Source: a virus | Lineage: Duplodnaviria > Caudoviricetes | DNA: 38,900 nucleotides | Direction: 5' to 3' (one strand) | Virus record (IMG/VR): IMGVR_UViG_3300044477_000126 | Coordinates: 1 to 38,900 of that record | Shown here: positions 9,960 to 19,317 of the stretch, piece after piece | Numbering within the stretch: the stretch's first letter is position 1 | How the letters are laid out: each line of letters opens with the position of its first letter | Program-made: the position numbers and the translations under genes | Notes under the pieces: model-generated | Database searches by the model: none | The model's input: the letters and a program-made list of their open reading frames with translations, nothing else | What the model was told of the DNA's origin: nothing

Positions 9960-11477
9960 ATGTATGTGTATGACTTAGATTTGCTCAAAATGCAGTTAAA
10001 TGCAAATAAAGCAGTAACAGACTCAGAAGTAATAAGCGAAATTATACAAAGTGATCTTATTTCTGCATCCAAGAAAAATATGGAAGATGGCGAAAATTAC
10101 TATTGCTCAAATAATTCTGCTATTTACGAAAGAGTCTTTGAGTATTATAGTCAAGGCAGAAATGTAAAGGATGAATTTAGAGCTAATAATAAGCTTCCTC
10201 ACGGTTTTCTTAAAACACTTATAGACCAAAAAGTAAACTATTCTTTAAGTAAACCAATTACACTAAATAATGCTGACAACATAAAGCAGGTTTTAGATAT
10301 CAATGAATTTATTAGGGATGTTGGTAAGCAGGCTTGCAAAAAGGCTTTTGGATGGTTACATATATTTATAAATGAAAATAACGAGCTAGAAACAAAGGTT
10401 ATAGATTCAGAGGAAATAATACCAATATTTGACACAAGATATCAAGATGAGTTAATTCAAATTATTAGATATTATACATTTACAGTTATAAACGATAAGG
10501 GAACTAAAATAAATAGATACAAGGTTGAGCAATGGACAGCAAAAGAAGTTACTTTTTATGAACAGGACTTAGAGGGAAATTTTGTTTTAGACAGCATGGT
10601 AGAAATAAATCCAGCACCGCATTGGATGATTAACAATTATAGCTTAGGAGAATTGACATATAAAGAAGATCATAGTTGGGGAAAAGTTCCTTTTATACCA
10701 CTTTTCAATAATGACGAGAAATTGACAGACTTAGTACCTATAAAAGCCTTTATTGACTGTTATGATAAGAATATAAGTGACTTTTCTAACAATATTGAAG
10801 ACTTGCAAGAAGCAATTATAAAATTGATAAATTATGGTGGAATGACTGATAGACTTGAGGAATTCTTAGTGTATGTAAAAAAATATAAGGTATTGCCTTT
10901 AGACGATGAGGGCAACGCTGAGTATATGAAGAACGAAATACCATTTGAAGCACGTCTTAAGCTTAAAGAATCGCTTAGAGAGAGTATTTTTGAGTTTGGA
11001 CAAGGCGTTGACAGCAACAAGGTTGGAGATGGAAATATAACCAATATTGTTATAACAAATAGGTATACACAATTAGATCTGAAAGCGAATGATTTTGAAC
11101 TAAACGTTACAAAATTTCTCAAAAAAGTTTTTTGGTTTGCTAATGAATTCTTAAAATTTAGAAATATGCAACAAGATGATATTAAACTAATTGAAATAAT
11201 TTACAATAGAAGTTTGGTAATTAATAATTTAGAAATTGTAGATATGTGTCAAAAATCTGCAGGAATTATAAGTAATAAAACAATTATATCTAATCATCCT
11301 TGGGTTTCTGATGTTGAAGATGAACTGACTCAAATGGAGACAGAAAAAGAAGCAGAAAGAGAAATATATTTCAATACACAACAAGAAAATATGACTATGC
11401 AAGAATCGAAAAATGTCGAAAATGTGGATAACTCTGTGGATAACTCAGACAATGAAATGAGTGATAGTGTTGAATAA
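9960..11477 (+). CDS. Portal protein, SPP1 gp6-like
   Basis: NNKLPHGFLKTLIDQKVNY, GKVPFIPLFNN, IDCYD, ISNKTIISNHPWV; position after terL. Confidence 0.93.
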   Translation: MYVYDLDLLKMQLNANKAVTDSEVISEIIQSDLISASKKNMEDGENYYCSNNSAIYERVFEYYSQGRNVKDEFRANNKLPHGFLKTLIDQKVNYSLSKPITLNNADNIKQVLDINEFIRDVGKQACKKAFGWLHIFINENNELETKVIDSEEIIPIFDTRYQDELIQIIRYYTFTVINDKGTKINRYKVEQWTAKEVTFYEQDLEGNFVLDSMVEINPAPHWMINNYSLGELTYKEDHSWGKVPFIPLFNNDEKLTDLVPIKAFIDCYDKNISDFSNNIEDLQEAIIKLINYGGMTDRLEEFLVYVKKYKVLPLDDEGNAEYMKNEIPFEARLKLKESLRESIFEFGQGVDSNKVGDGNITNIVITNRYTQLDLKANDFELNVTKFLKKVFWFANEFLKFRNMQQDDIKLIEIIYNRSLVINNLEIVDMCQKSAGIISNKTIISNHPWVSDVEDELTQMETEKEAEREIYFNTQQENMTMQESKNVENVDNSVDNSDNEMSDSVE

Positions 11478-12261
11478 TTATGAAACTGAAATGCAGAATA
11501 GAAACATACAAAGTTTTGACGAACTTCATCAAGGGATAAATAATGATTTGTCAGCTTCATTTATAAAATTTGCAGCAGCAGGATTGTTAACTTATGACAT
11601 TATGAAGAAATATGATAGATTGTCTAAACTTGAAGAAAAATTATTTAAATATGTAAATAATTTATTTAATGAGCAAAATTTATTATTACTTGCTTTGCTC
11701 AAGAAAAATTATAAGGATAATTATTTGAGTGAAGCTAAGAAACTTGTAAAACTTGCTGAAAAAGAAATTGAGATTGCAATAATTGAAGCTAAAAAAATGA
11801 TTGAAGATATTAATTTACCAATATCAGGATTAACAATTAAAGACAGAATAAACAAGAATAAGCAAGATACTTTTTTGAAAATAAAAGAAATTATTACAGC
11901 AGCACTAATTAGAGGAACAGATTTAAAGCAGTTAGACAAAGAGATTCTAAAGGCTCTTAAAACATCTGAATATAAGCAGAATAGAATTATACAAACTGAA
12001 ATGAATAGAGTCGAAAACATGGCAATAAATGAGGTATACAAACAAGCTGAAAAAACAGGATTAAAGTTTAAAAAAATGTGGGTAGCTACAATGGATAAAA
12101 AAGTAAGAGATGCTCACAAAACATTAAATGGTAAATATGCGGATAAAGATGGATATTTTCATTTTAATGGATATAAAGCTGAATTTCCTGGGGGATTTGG
12201 GGTAGCAAGTTTAGATATAAATTGTAGATGTAAAACTAGGGCTGTATTTGAGAATAATTGA
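11461..12261 (+). CDS. Minor head protein (SPP1 gp7/Mu gpF-like)
   Basis: RIIQTEMNR, KKMWVATMDKKVRDAH, INCRC. Confidence 0.88.
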   Translation: MIVLNNYETEMQNRNIQSFDELHQGINNDLSASFIKFAAAGLLTYDIMKKYDRLSKLEEKLFKYVNNLFNEQNLLLLALLKKNYKDNYLSEAKKLVKLAEKEIEIAIIEAKKMIEDINLPISGLTIKDRINKNKQDTFLKIKEIITAALIRGTDLKQLDKEILKALKTSEYKQNRIIQTEMNRVENMAINEVYKQAEKTGLKFKKMWVATMDKKVRDAHKTLNGKYADKDGYFHFNGYKAEFPGGFGVASLDINCRCKTRAVFENN

Positions 12262-12279
12262 ATTTAAGGAGATATTTGA

Positions 12280-12621
12280 ATGAAACCAGAATGTAATGAA
12301 AAAGTAACAAGTTGCGATGACTGTACAAGATAGGACAAAAAGATAAATTGTCCGAGTACTCCGGTTGTTTCGGGGTTAGAATTAGAAAAAACAATTGAGA
12401 TGATGAAAAGTGATAACTATATTTTAAGATTTAAAGCAGAATATTATCAGTTGAGAATTAGAATTAGAAAGCTTGAGGATATGTTAACTAAATATCATAA
12501 CAATGAGTTAACTTTTACTCCAATTTGTCCATTTGACATTTTAAAAGATCAGGTTAGTTCAATGAAAAAATATTCATCAATATTAGAGATAAGAGCCGAA
12601 ATAGAAAATATTTGGTTATAA
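12280..12621 (+). CDS. crAss001_48-like phage protein with in-frame TAG at codon 18 (track ORF 12400-12621)
   Basis: RFKAEYYQLRIRIRKL...FTPICP...ILEIRAEIE signature; AAGGAG RBS precedes ATG 12280, in frame with 12400. Confidence 0.65.
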
Positions 12622-12828
12622 TTAACTTTTGGGCAAACAAACTAAAATCATTTCTATTTGATGAAGTAAAACATTTAAAGTTGTTGACAAAATTATCTTA
12701 AGTAGTTGAATTAATTATAGAAAATATATACAATTAAATTATTAGTAAATTGCAGTTTCAAATCTGTAAAAAATTGGTCTAGGTGGTGGGTTACACTAAA
12801 AAAACTAATAGACAAGGAGAATAAAATT

Positions 12829-13437
12829 ATGGAAATCAATGAAATATTAGGTGAAGAACTTTATAATCAAGTTATGTCAAAATTAGGTGATAAGAAGTTA
12901 ATTATAAATGATGGTAATTATATCCCTAAACAAAAATTTGATGATATTAACACAGAAAATAAAATGTTAAAAGAAAAGGTTACTTCATTCGAAAAAAACA
13001 GTATAGAAGTTGAGAAAATTGTAGGAAGTAATAAAGAATTACAAGAACAATTCAAACAACTTCAAGAGAAACATAATCAAGATTTACAGCTTAAAGATAC
13101 TGAAATAAATAATATAGTAAAAAAGAGTGCAATAAAAGAATTGTTAATGAATGAGAGGGCTATTCATCCAGACTTATTAATGAGTCAAATTGATTTTAAT
13201 AGTGTAAATATCGTTGATGGTAAAGTTGATTTTAATTTAGGAGACTTAAGGACTAAATATTCTAACATGTTTCCTACACAAACTATAGAATCAACAAAAC
13301 CAAACGATGCTGGATTTAAGCCAAAAACATCGACTCAAAAACAAATATTAATAGAAAAATATAACGCTGCGGAAAACGCTGGCGATGCAAATTTGATGAT
13401 GACTTTACATAGTCAAATAAAAAATTTGCAAGAATAG
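12829..13437 (+). CDS. Capsid scaffolding protein
   Basis: GNYIPKQKFDDIN plus coiled coil; lies immediately before the capsid gene. Confidence 0.88.
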   Translation: MEINEILGEELYNQVMSKLGDKKLIINDGNYIPKQKFDDINTENKMLKEKVTSFEKNSIEVEKIVGSNKELQEQFKQLQEKHNQDLQLKDTEINNIVKKSAIKELLMNERAIHPDLLMSQIDFNSVNIVDGKVDFNLGDLRTKYSNMFPTQTIESTKPNDAGFKPKTSTQKQILIEKYNAAENAGDANLMMTLHSQIKNLQE

Positions 13438-13446
13438 GAGTAAGAA

Positions 13447-14367
13447 ATGGCATATACTGACAGAGAAGACTTAAATTACCTTGGTATATTATACCGTATA
13501 GGTGCAAATAGAACACCTTTCTTAAACGCGATTGGTGGATTACAAAACACAAAAACTTGTAATAGTTTTGCTTTTCCAATTGCTCAAGCTTGGAGTTTGG
13601 CAGGAGCAAGTCAACCAGCTATTACAGAAGCTGCAAGCATTACAGCACCAACGGCTACAACTTATACTAGAGCACAAGATTATAATACAGTGCAAATATT
13701 TCAAAAGCAATATAGTGTAACTTATGCCAAACAGTCAACCTTTAGAGATATTGGCGGATTATCTCAAGCAGGCGAACCAATCGTTACTGATGAGGTTGCA
13801 TTCCAAAGAAATGGAGCATTGCAACAATTAGCAGTAGATGTAGAATTTACATTCTTGCAAGGTGCTTATCAAGCTGCTTCCAATAGTTCAACGGCTGCAA
13901 AAAGTAGAGGCTTGAAAAATGCAATTTCTACCAATACAGTTGCTGCATCAGCCGCTCTTCTAACTAAAGCAATGATTGATACATTGCTTAAAACTATGGC
14001 AGATAATGGAGCAATATTTTCTAATATGATGGCTTTAGTTAACTCATATCAACTTAAAGTTTTGTCTGATATATATGGATATGCACCAGCTGATAGAAAT
14101 GTTGGCGGAGTAGCTATAGAACAAATTGTTACACCATATGGAAAAGTTGGAGTTATGTATGCGCCTTATATGCCTACAGACGAATTATATCTAACTGAAA
14201 TGTCTGTATGTAAGCCAATGATTTGTCCAGTTGGAGGACAACTTGTTGTTGATGAAGAATTAGCTAAAGTTGGGGCTGCTATGAGTGGTCAAATTTATTC
14301 TCAAATTGGATTAGATTATGGACCTGAGGAATTTCATGGGTCAATTACAGGATTAAAAAATACTTAA
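13447..14367 (+). CDS. Major capsid protein (DUF5309/SU10-like)
   Basis: TPFLNAIGG, NTVQIFQKQYSVTY, QIGLDYGPEEFHGSITGL. Confidence 0.88.
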   Translation: MAYTDREDLNYLGILYRIGANRTPFLNAIGGLQNTKTCNSFAFPIAQAWSLAGASQPAITEAASITAPTATTYTRAQDYNTVQIFQKQYSVTYAKQSTFRDIGGLSQAGEPIVTDEVAFQRNGALQQLAVDVEFTFLQGAYQAASNSSTAAKSRGLKNAISTNTVAASAALLTKAMIDTLLKTMADNGAIFSNMMALVNSYQLKVLSDIYGYAPADRNVGGVAIEQIVTPYGKVGVMYAPYMPTDELYLTEMSVCKPMICPVGGQLVVDEELAKVGAAMSGQIYSQIGLDYGPEEFHGSITGLKNT

Positions 14368-14392
14368 TAGTAGACTTTATCGGTCTACTATT
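14367..14392 (+). terminator. Hairpin/terminator after capsid gene
   Basis: ATAGTAGAC-TTTATCG-GTCTACTAT. Confidence 0.6.
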
Positions 14393-14411
14393 TAAAATAT
14401 GAGGTGATAGA

Positions 14412-14834
14412 ATGAGTTCAGATAATTTAGGCTTTATGCCTCAATTGAGAGATGAGTTAGCACAATTAGAAAAAGCTTTTGCAGGAGATTTAGTATTTGT
14501 AGTAAGTCCTGCAACGGTTGACAAGGTTGCAACAAGTGCAGCTTGGACAAGAACAGTAAAAATTGAGTTGAAGAGTGCTGATGGCAAAGTTCACGACTGG
14601 TTTAATAAAGCAATTACAACTGGTGTAAGTGTTGGAGATACTTCTACTTTGGGAACGGCAACAATTGCAAGTACTACGTTGACATTTACAAAAGGTATTG
14701 CAAGTGTAGTTGTAACTGGCTCTGCACATGCTTGGGTGGCCGGAGAAACAGACACTTTGACAATTGCACAAGCAACAATATTAGGGTATACAGTAGCCTC
14801 TAAAACAAGCGTACAAACTATAGTTTCTGCTTAA
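14412..14834 (+). CDS. Putative capsid decoration / Ig-like beta protein
   Basis: Thr/Val/Ala-rich 140 aa directly after the capsid gene. Confidence 0.55.
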   Translation: MSSDNLGFMPQLRDELAQLEKAFAGDLVFVVSPATVDKVATSAAWTRTVKIELKSADGKVHDWFNKAITTGVSVGDTSTLGTATIASTTLTFTKGIASVVVTGSAHAWVAGETDTLTIAQATILGYTVASKTSVQTIVSA

Positions 14835-14861
14835 TTAAAGTAAGTTAGAAGGTAGTAAAAA

Positions 14862-15479
14862 ATGGATTTAAATGAGTATGTGGGAATAGAACCAAAGTTA
14901 AAAGAAATTTTTTCTATTTTGGAAAATGAAAACATTAACGAATTTAATGATATAAAAGGTATTGAATTTTCTTCAAATAGTGATAGTTTAAAGATTCTTA
15001 GTGACAAAATTGATTCAGTTATTACTGAATTAGGAACAGTTAATGATGATGAAGAAGACAATACTTTGTTAGGCAAAATTTATATATTAGAAAGACATAT
15101 ACATGCTATACAAAAAACTTATCCATATCTTGCAGATGGAATTACGCTTACTGGAGGAGTCCAAGCTTGGACCCTAGGGAATAAGATTGAAGTAATACCA
15201 GCTAATTTTGTAAATAAGCTTTTCGATATACATTGTATAAATACAGGTCAAGCAAGTGCAACAGATACTTATCAAATAGTGTTATGGACTGGATTAGCTG
15301 GACAAGAAGTAATTAGTAGTTCTACTAGGGTAGTTAAAGATTCGCAACAATCGGGGATACTTACTAAGGCTATAATAACACCTTTGTTTAGTCCAAATAC
15401 TCGTATATCTGCTTCTCTTGCAAGTAAATCTGGAGGAAGTGATACTCTTGTAATAAGTGTAGAGTATCACGAATATTAA
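14862..15479 (+). CDS. Hypothetical virion-associated protein
   Basis: 205 aa; acidic N-terminus, beta-rich C-terminus. Confidence 0.6.
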   Translation: MDLNEYVGIEPKLKEIFSILENENINEFNDIKGIEFSSNSDSLKILSDKIDSVITELGTVNDDEEDNTLLGKIYILERHIHAIQKTYPYLADGITLTGGVQAWTLGNKIEVIPANFVNKLFDIHCINTGQASATDTYQIVLWTGLAGQEVISSSTRVVKDSQQSGILTKAIITPLFSPNTRISASLASKSGGSDTLVISVEYHEY

Positions 15480-15490
15480 GAGGTAATAAA

Positions 15491-15754
15491 ATGATATTTT
15501 TAAGTGAAAAGGAAAACTTGATTGTATTGCACCCAAAAAGCGGTGAAATATTGGTTAGGTTTAAGAATGGAAAGTGCTTTATTGATGAAGATAAAAAAGA
15601 TGAAATTGAATTAATGAAAAACTTAGGCTATAAGTTTGAAGAGGAAGTTAAAGAAAATTTATCTGAAATAATACATCAAGAAGCAAAAATACAACAAGAA
15701 TTAATAAATAAAGTAAAAAGACAGAAAAATAATATAGCTAAAGAGGTGATTTGA
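15491..15754 (+). CDS. Hypothetical protein
   Basis: 87 aa; GAGGT RBS. Confidence 0.65.
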   Translation: MIFLSEKENLIVLHPKSGEILVRFKNGKCFIDEDKKDEIELMKNLGYKFEEEVKENLSEIIHQEAKIQQELINKVKRQKNNIAKEVI

Positions 15755-16338
15755 TGAGTGTTCCAAGAATCACAGAAATTTTAGAAAAAGGGTTAAATTC
15801 TTCAGGCAGTTTTAGTTTGGGTTCTTCAACTAATTTTATTGGTAGAAGTGGAGCGGTATGCTTTAAAGCTACTGCAAACTTTACTAGACCTTCTAATACT
15901 ATTCAATATAGTTTGAATGATGCGATTACAAATAGCACATCCGCACCAGCTATAATGAGTTTTGATTTGGCTAGTTTTGGGGCTGTAGTTGGTCAATTTT
16001 TCTGCATAACAAATGCTAGAATTGTAAGTAGTGTAAAACCAACATCAGCTCAATTATCAGCGAATTTATGGGTATTTATGAATACCTTTACAGCAACAAA
16101 TGACAATGCGGAATTAAGTATCGATGATGCTACAGCACAAAGTGGAGGTATAGTAATACCTTGTGGAAATGGTTATCAAACGGCTTTGAATCATAGATGT
16201 TTGAGTGATAGTGGACAATGGATAGGAAAATTGGCAAGTGCTGATACTAAATTATATTTCACATTGCAAGATGCAGGAGCATATACACCACAGGCGGATG
16301 AACGGTTTGATGTTGTGATAGAGGGGATGTTACTGTGA
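15751..16338 (+). CDS. Hypothetical virion-associated beta protein
   Basis: 195 aa; FTRPSNTIQYSLNDAI...AGAYTP; overlaps neighbours. Confidence 0.65.
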   Translation: MMSVPRITEILEKGLNSSGSFSLGSSTNFIGRSGAVCFKATANFTRPSNTIQYSLNDAITNSTSAPAIMSFDLASFGAVVGQFFCITNARIVSSVKPTSAQLSANLWVFMNTFTATNDNAELSIDDATAQSGGIVIPCGNGYQTALNHRCLSDSGQWIGKLASADTKLYFTLQDAGAYTPQADERFDVVIEGMLL

Positions 16339-17360
16339 TTAATCCAGTTTTGAATCGAACTCAAAAAGCTTTGAAACCTATTCTACTACCTTGTGATGCT
16401 GGACTTTTTGATTTTAGTGTGACTGGATGCCCTGTAAAATGGGTATTTCCAGACGGTCGTATTAGTATTGCAAGCAGACCAGCGTTTACTTTAGCAAATG
16501 CTGGAACCGTTAAGCTTTATTCTAAAAAAATTAATGGAAGTACTGTACAGGTTAATGACAACGGAACAGATGCAAGATTTAAAGGTAAACTTAAAAATTT
16601 GCAAGGTAAATTAACTTATTCTTTAAGTTTAGATAGTTGTACTCAGGCAACTGGTAGTTTAGCTGATTTGCAAGGTAAATTAACTGCTACTTTAAACTTA
16701 TATAATTGTGCTCAAATAACAGGTAGTTTAGCTGATTTGCAAGGTAAATTAACTGCTACTTTAAACTTATATAATTGTGCTCAAATAACAGGTAGTTTAG
16801 CTGATTTGCAAGGTAAAATAACTGCTAATTTAAACTTATATAATTGTGCTCAAATAACAGGTAGTTTAGCTGATTTGCAAGGTAAATTAACTTATCTTTT
16901 GAATTTGGGCAATTGTGCTCAAATAATAGGTAGTTTAGCTGATTTGCAAGGTAAATTAACTTATTCTTTAGACTTGAGTAATTGTGCTCAAATAATAGGT
17001 AGTTTAGCTGATTTGCAAGGTAAATTAACTTCTACTTTAAGCTTATATAACTGTGTTCAGGTAACAGGTAGTTTAGCTGATTTACAAGGTAAAATAACTT
17101 ACTTATTAGATTTGAGTAATTGCACACAAATAACAGGTATATACACACCCATTAGTACGGGAATACCAACGATAACACGTCTATCAAACACAGGGTTAAC
17201 AACAAACGACATGGACCAAACACTAATAAACTATGCAACAACAACAAAAAACAACGGAACATTTACAGCAACAGGAAAAACAAGGTCAGCAACATCAGAC
17301 GCAGCAGTAACAACTTTACAAGGTCGAGGATGGTCAATAACAGGATTTACAGTAGTTTAG
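16335..17360 (+). CDS. Leucine-rich-repeat protein (about 8 x 23 aa)
   Basis: Repeat GSLADLQGKLTxxLxLxNCAQIT matches the LxxLxLxxC LRR pattern. Confidence 0.85.
   Translation: MINPVLNRTQKALKPILLPCDAGLFDFSVTGCPVKWVFPDGRISIASRPAFTLANAGTVKLYSKKINGSTVQVNDNGTDARFKGKLKNLQGKLTYSLSLDSCTQATGSLADLQGKLTATLNLYNCAQITGSLADLQGKLTATLNLYNCAQITGSLADLQGKITANLNLYNCAQITGSLADLQGKLTYLLNLGNCAQIIGSLADLQGKLTYSLDLSNCAQIIGSLADLQGKLTSTLSLYNCVQVTGSLADLQGKITYLLDLSNCTQITGIYTPISTGIPTITRLSNTGLTTNDMDQTLINYATTTKNNGTFTATGKTRSATSDAAVTTLQGRGWSITGFTVV
16596..17138 (+). repeat. 69-bp coding tandem repeat (LRR units)
   Basis: GGTAGTTTAGCTGATTT(G/A)CAAGGTAAA recurs every 69 bp. Confidence 0.9.
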
Positions 17361-17370
17361 GGGTGATAAT

Positions 17371-17553
17371 ATGACGAGAATTATAGCAGAAAATGATACT
17401 TATTGGGTGGCTACAAATCGATTAGACGTGTGGCATTATGGATTTGTAAACAAAGGTGAAGAAATCGCGACAGGACAACCAGAATTATTATTATTTGAGA
17501 CTGAAGCAGAAATGTTGGCAATTATCCCAGATGAGTTTAAACAAATGTGGTAA
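17371..17553 (+). CDS. Hypothetical protein
   Basis: 60 aa; GGGGTG RBS. Confidence 0.65.
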   Translation: MTRIIAENDTYWVATNRLDVWHYGFVNKGEEIATGQPELLLFETEAEMLAIIPDEFKQMW

Positions 17554-17579
17554 AAAAATGGAGTTGATAATTAAATATT

Positions 17580-17774
17580 ATGAGCTATTTAGATAATTAT
17601 AAAAATTGCATTAAAGAACTAGAACAAACAAGATTAAAAGCTCTTGAGAATATTGGGATATTCGAAGGAAATGAAAAGAAAGAAACATTTTACTCTAAAT
17701 TAACTTTTCTTTCGAATTCACAAATAAAAGAGCGTAGGTGGTGTTACAATGGCAATAAACAAAACCACGATTAA
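17580..17774 (+). CDS. Hypothetical protein
   Basis: 64 aa; weak support. Confidence 0.4.
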   Translation: MSYLDNYKNCIKELEQTRLKALENIGIFEGNEKKETFYSKLTFLSNSQIKERRWCYNGNKQNHD

Positions 17775-18297
17775 ACAGTTTTTAGGGATATCATCAACGG
17801 ATTATGATACACAAATAGACTTACTTATCCCTATGATGATTGAACAACTTACAGAATATTGCAATGATAAATTTGCTTCTAACAACAATGAAAGTGTATC
17901 AATGATTTTTACACCTACCACAATTACCTTGACAACTACATTACCGTTAGCGATTGGCGATTTTTTTCTGATATATGGTAGTGTTTGGAATGATGGAATA
18001 TATCAGGTTAAAACATTTACAAATGGAGTAATTACAATTGAAGCTAGTAAGGTTATGAGAACAGAAACAATTGAATGTCAAATTGATTTATGTATTTTTC
18101 CACAACAATTTTTGCAATTTGTCTCCGAATTTGCTAAAACTAATGTTGTACAAAATAGCAATGTATCTGAGGAGACAATAGATGATTACTCTATCAAATA
18201 TTTTACTTCATCAGATGTCAAACAATTTGTTCAGAAAAATTCATCAAGCTTGAACAAATTTAGGAAAATGTACAAGGTGAATTATTATGATAACTGA
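17749..18297 (+). CDS. Head-tail connector/adaptor
   Basis: IKQFLGI...YDTQIDLLI...EYCN and VSEETIDDYSIKY motifs. Confidence 0.75.
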   Translation: MAINKTTIKQFLGISSTDYDTQIDLLIPMMIEQLTEYCNDKFASNNNESVSMIFTPTTITLTTTLPLAIGDFFLIYGSVWNDGIYQVKTFTNGVITIEASKVMRTETIECQIDLCIFPQQFLQFVSEFAKTNVVQNSNVSEETIDDYSIKYFTSSDVKQFVQKNSSSLNKFRKMYKVNYYDN

Positions 18298-18583
18298 TTA
18301 TTTTTGTAATACAATAACAGTGCTTACACCTGGAACTCAGAACGAATATGGTGAAATGACTTATACTAGTACTAGTTTGAAGTGCAGAGTAATTTTAGCA
18401 AAAGCAAATTTTGGGCAAGGTGTAAACATGATAGTTTTAGAAGGTAAAGTATTTTCTAGTACCGAAGTGCCAGTTAACTCAAAAATAACATTTGATAATA
18501 TTACATACCAAGTTTATTCATGCAAGAAGTGTCAAGATAAAAGTAAAATAGTATTCTATAAATCTATGTTGAAAGGAGTCTAA
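18287..18583 (+). CDS. Head closure / neck protein
   Basis: NEYGEMTY motif, size and synteny. Confidence 0.6.
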   Translation: MITDYFCNTITVLTPGTQNEYGEMTYTSTSLKCRVILAKANFGQGVNMIVLEGKVFSSTEVPVNSKITFDNITYQVYSCKKCQDKSKIVFYKSMLKGV

Positions 18584-18584
18584 T

Positions 18585-18956
18585 ATGTCATTATTAAGCG
18601 TAATAAAATCTAACTTGCCAGTTACGGAAACTAGCGTATACACTGGAATTATACCAACGGATAGTCCAAATGTGACATTAGGGCTCTTTTTAACTGGAAG
18701 TTATGGAGAAATTGTAACAAGTTCAGGAAAGCCAGTAACAATACGAAAATCTACATTTCAGATAATAGTAAGGGATTCTTCTTATAGTAATGGAATTACA
18801 AGAGCTGAAGCACTATTTATACTGTTTTCTCATCATGCCATAGATGACTCTGGACTAAATTATTATATTACATCTAAGTCAGATATTATAAGCCTTGGCA
18901 AAGATGCAGTAAATAACTCAGAATTTTCATTGAATTTTGATGTAAGAATAAGTTAG
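18585..18956 (+). CDS. Tail terminator-like protein
   Basis: FQIIVR...SLGKD..NNSEFSLNF pattern. Confidence 0.65.
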   Translation: MSLLSVIKSNLPVTETSVYTGIIPTDSPNVTLGLFLTGSYGEIVTSSGKPVTIRKSTFQIIVRDSSYSNGITRAEALFILFSHHAIDDSGLNYYITSKSDIISLGKDAVNNSEFSLNFDVRIS

Positions 18957-18967
18957 AAGGTGATAAC

Positions 18968-19297
18968 TTGAATGTTAATATAAATGTTGTCAGCGGAACA
19001 AAAAGCATTGACAGCTTGGTTAAAAAGTTAAAAGTTGATGTTCCTAAAACTGTTTTGATTGAATCGAATGAAATATTAGATAAGTCGAAAGCTATATGTC
19101 CAGTAATCACAGGGTTTCTTAAGAGTTCTGGAAACGTAAAGCAGGCAGGAAATGAAACTAAAATTTGTTATGATGCACATTATGCAATTTATGTTCACGA
19201 AAGACCAAACTTTTCAAAAGGGTATAAGTGGCTTATAAACACGTTTTCAGACAATAGAAGTAAGTTGATTAAGGCTGTAGAAGAGACATTAAAATAA
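18968..19297 (+). CDS. HK97 gp10-like tail completion protein
   Basis: CPVITGFLKSSG...YAIYVHE...KWL; TTG start. Confidence 0.7.
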   Translation: MNVNINVVSGTKSIDSLVKKLKVDVPKTVLIESNEILDKSKAICPVITGFLKSSGNVKQAGNETKICYDAHYAIYVHERPNFSKGYKWLINTFSDNRSKLIKAVEETLK

Positions 19298-19317
19298 GTT
19301 AAGAAAGGAGAATAAAA

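Noticed and set aside
16335-17360. Complete diversity-generating retroelement
   Set aside because: No reverse transcriptase or TR/VR pair visible in the window
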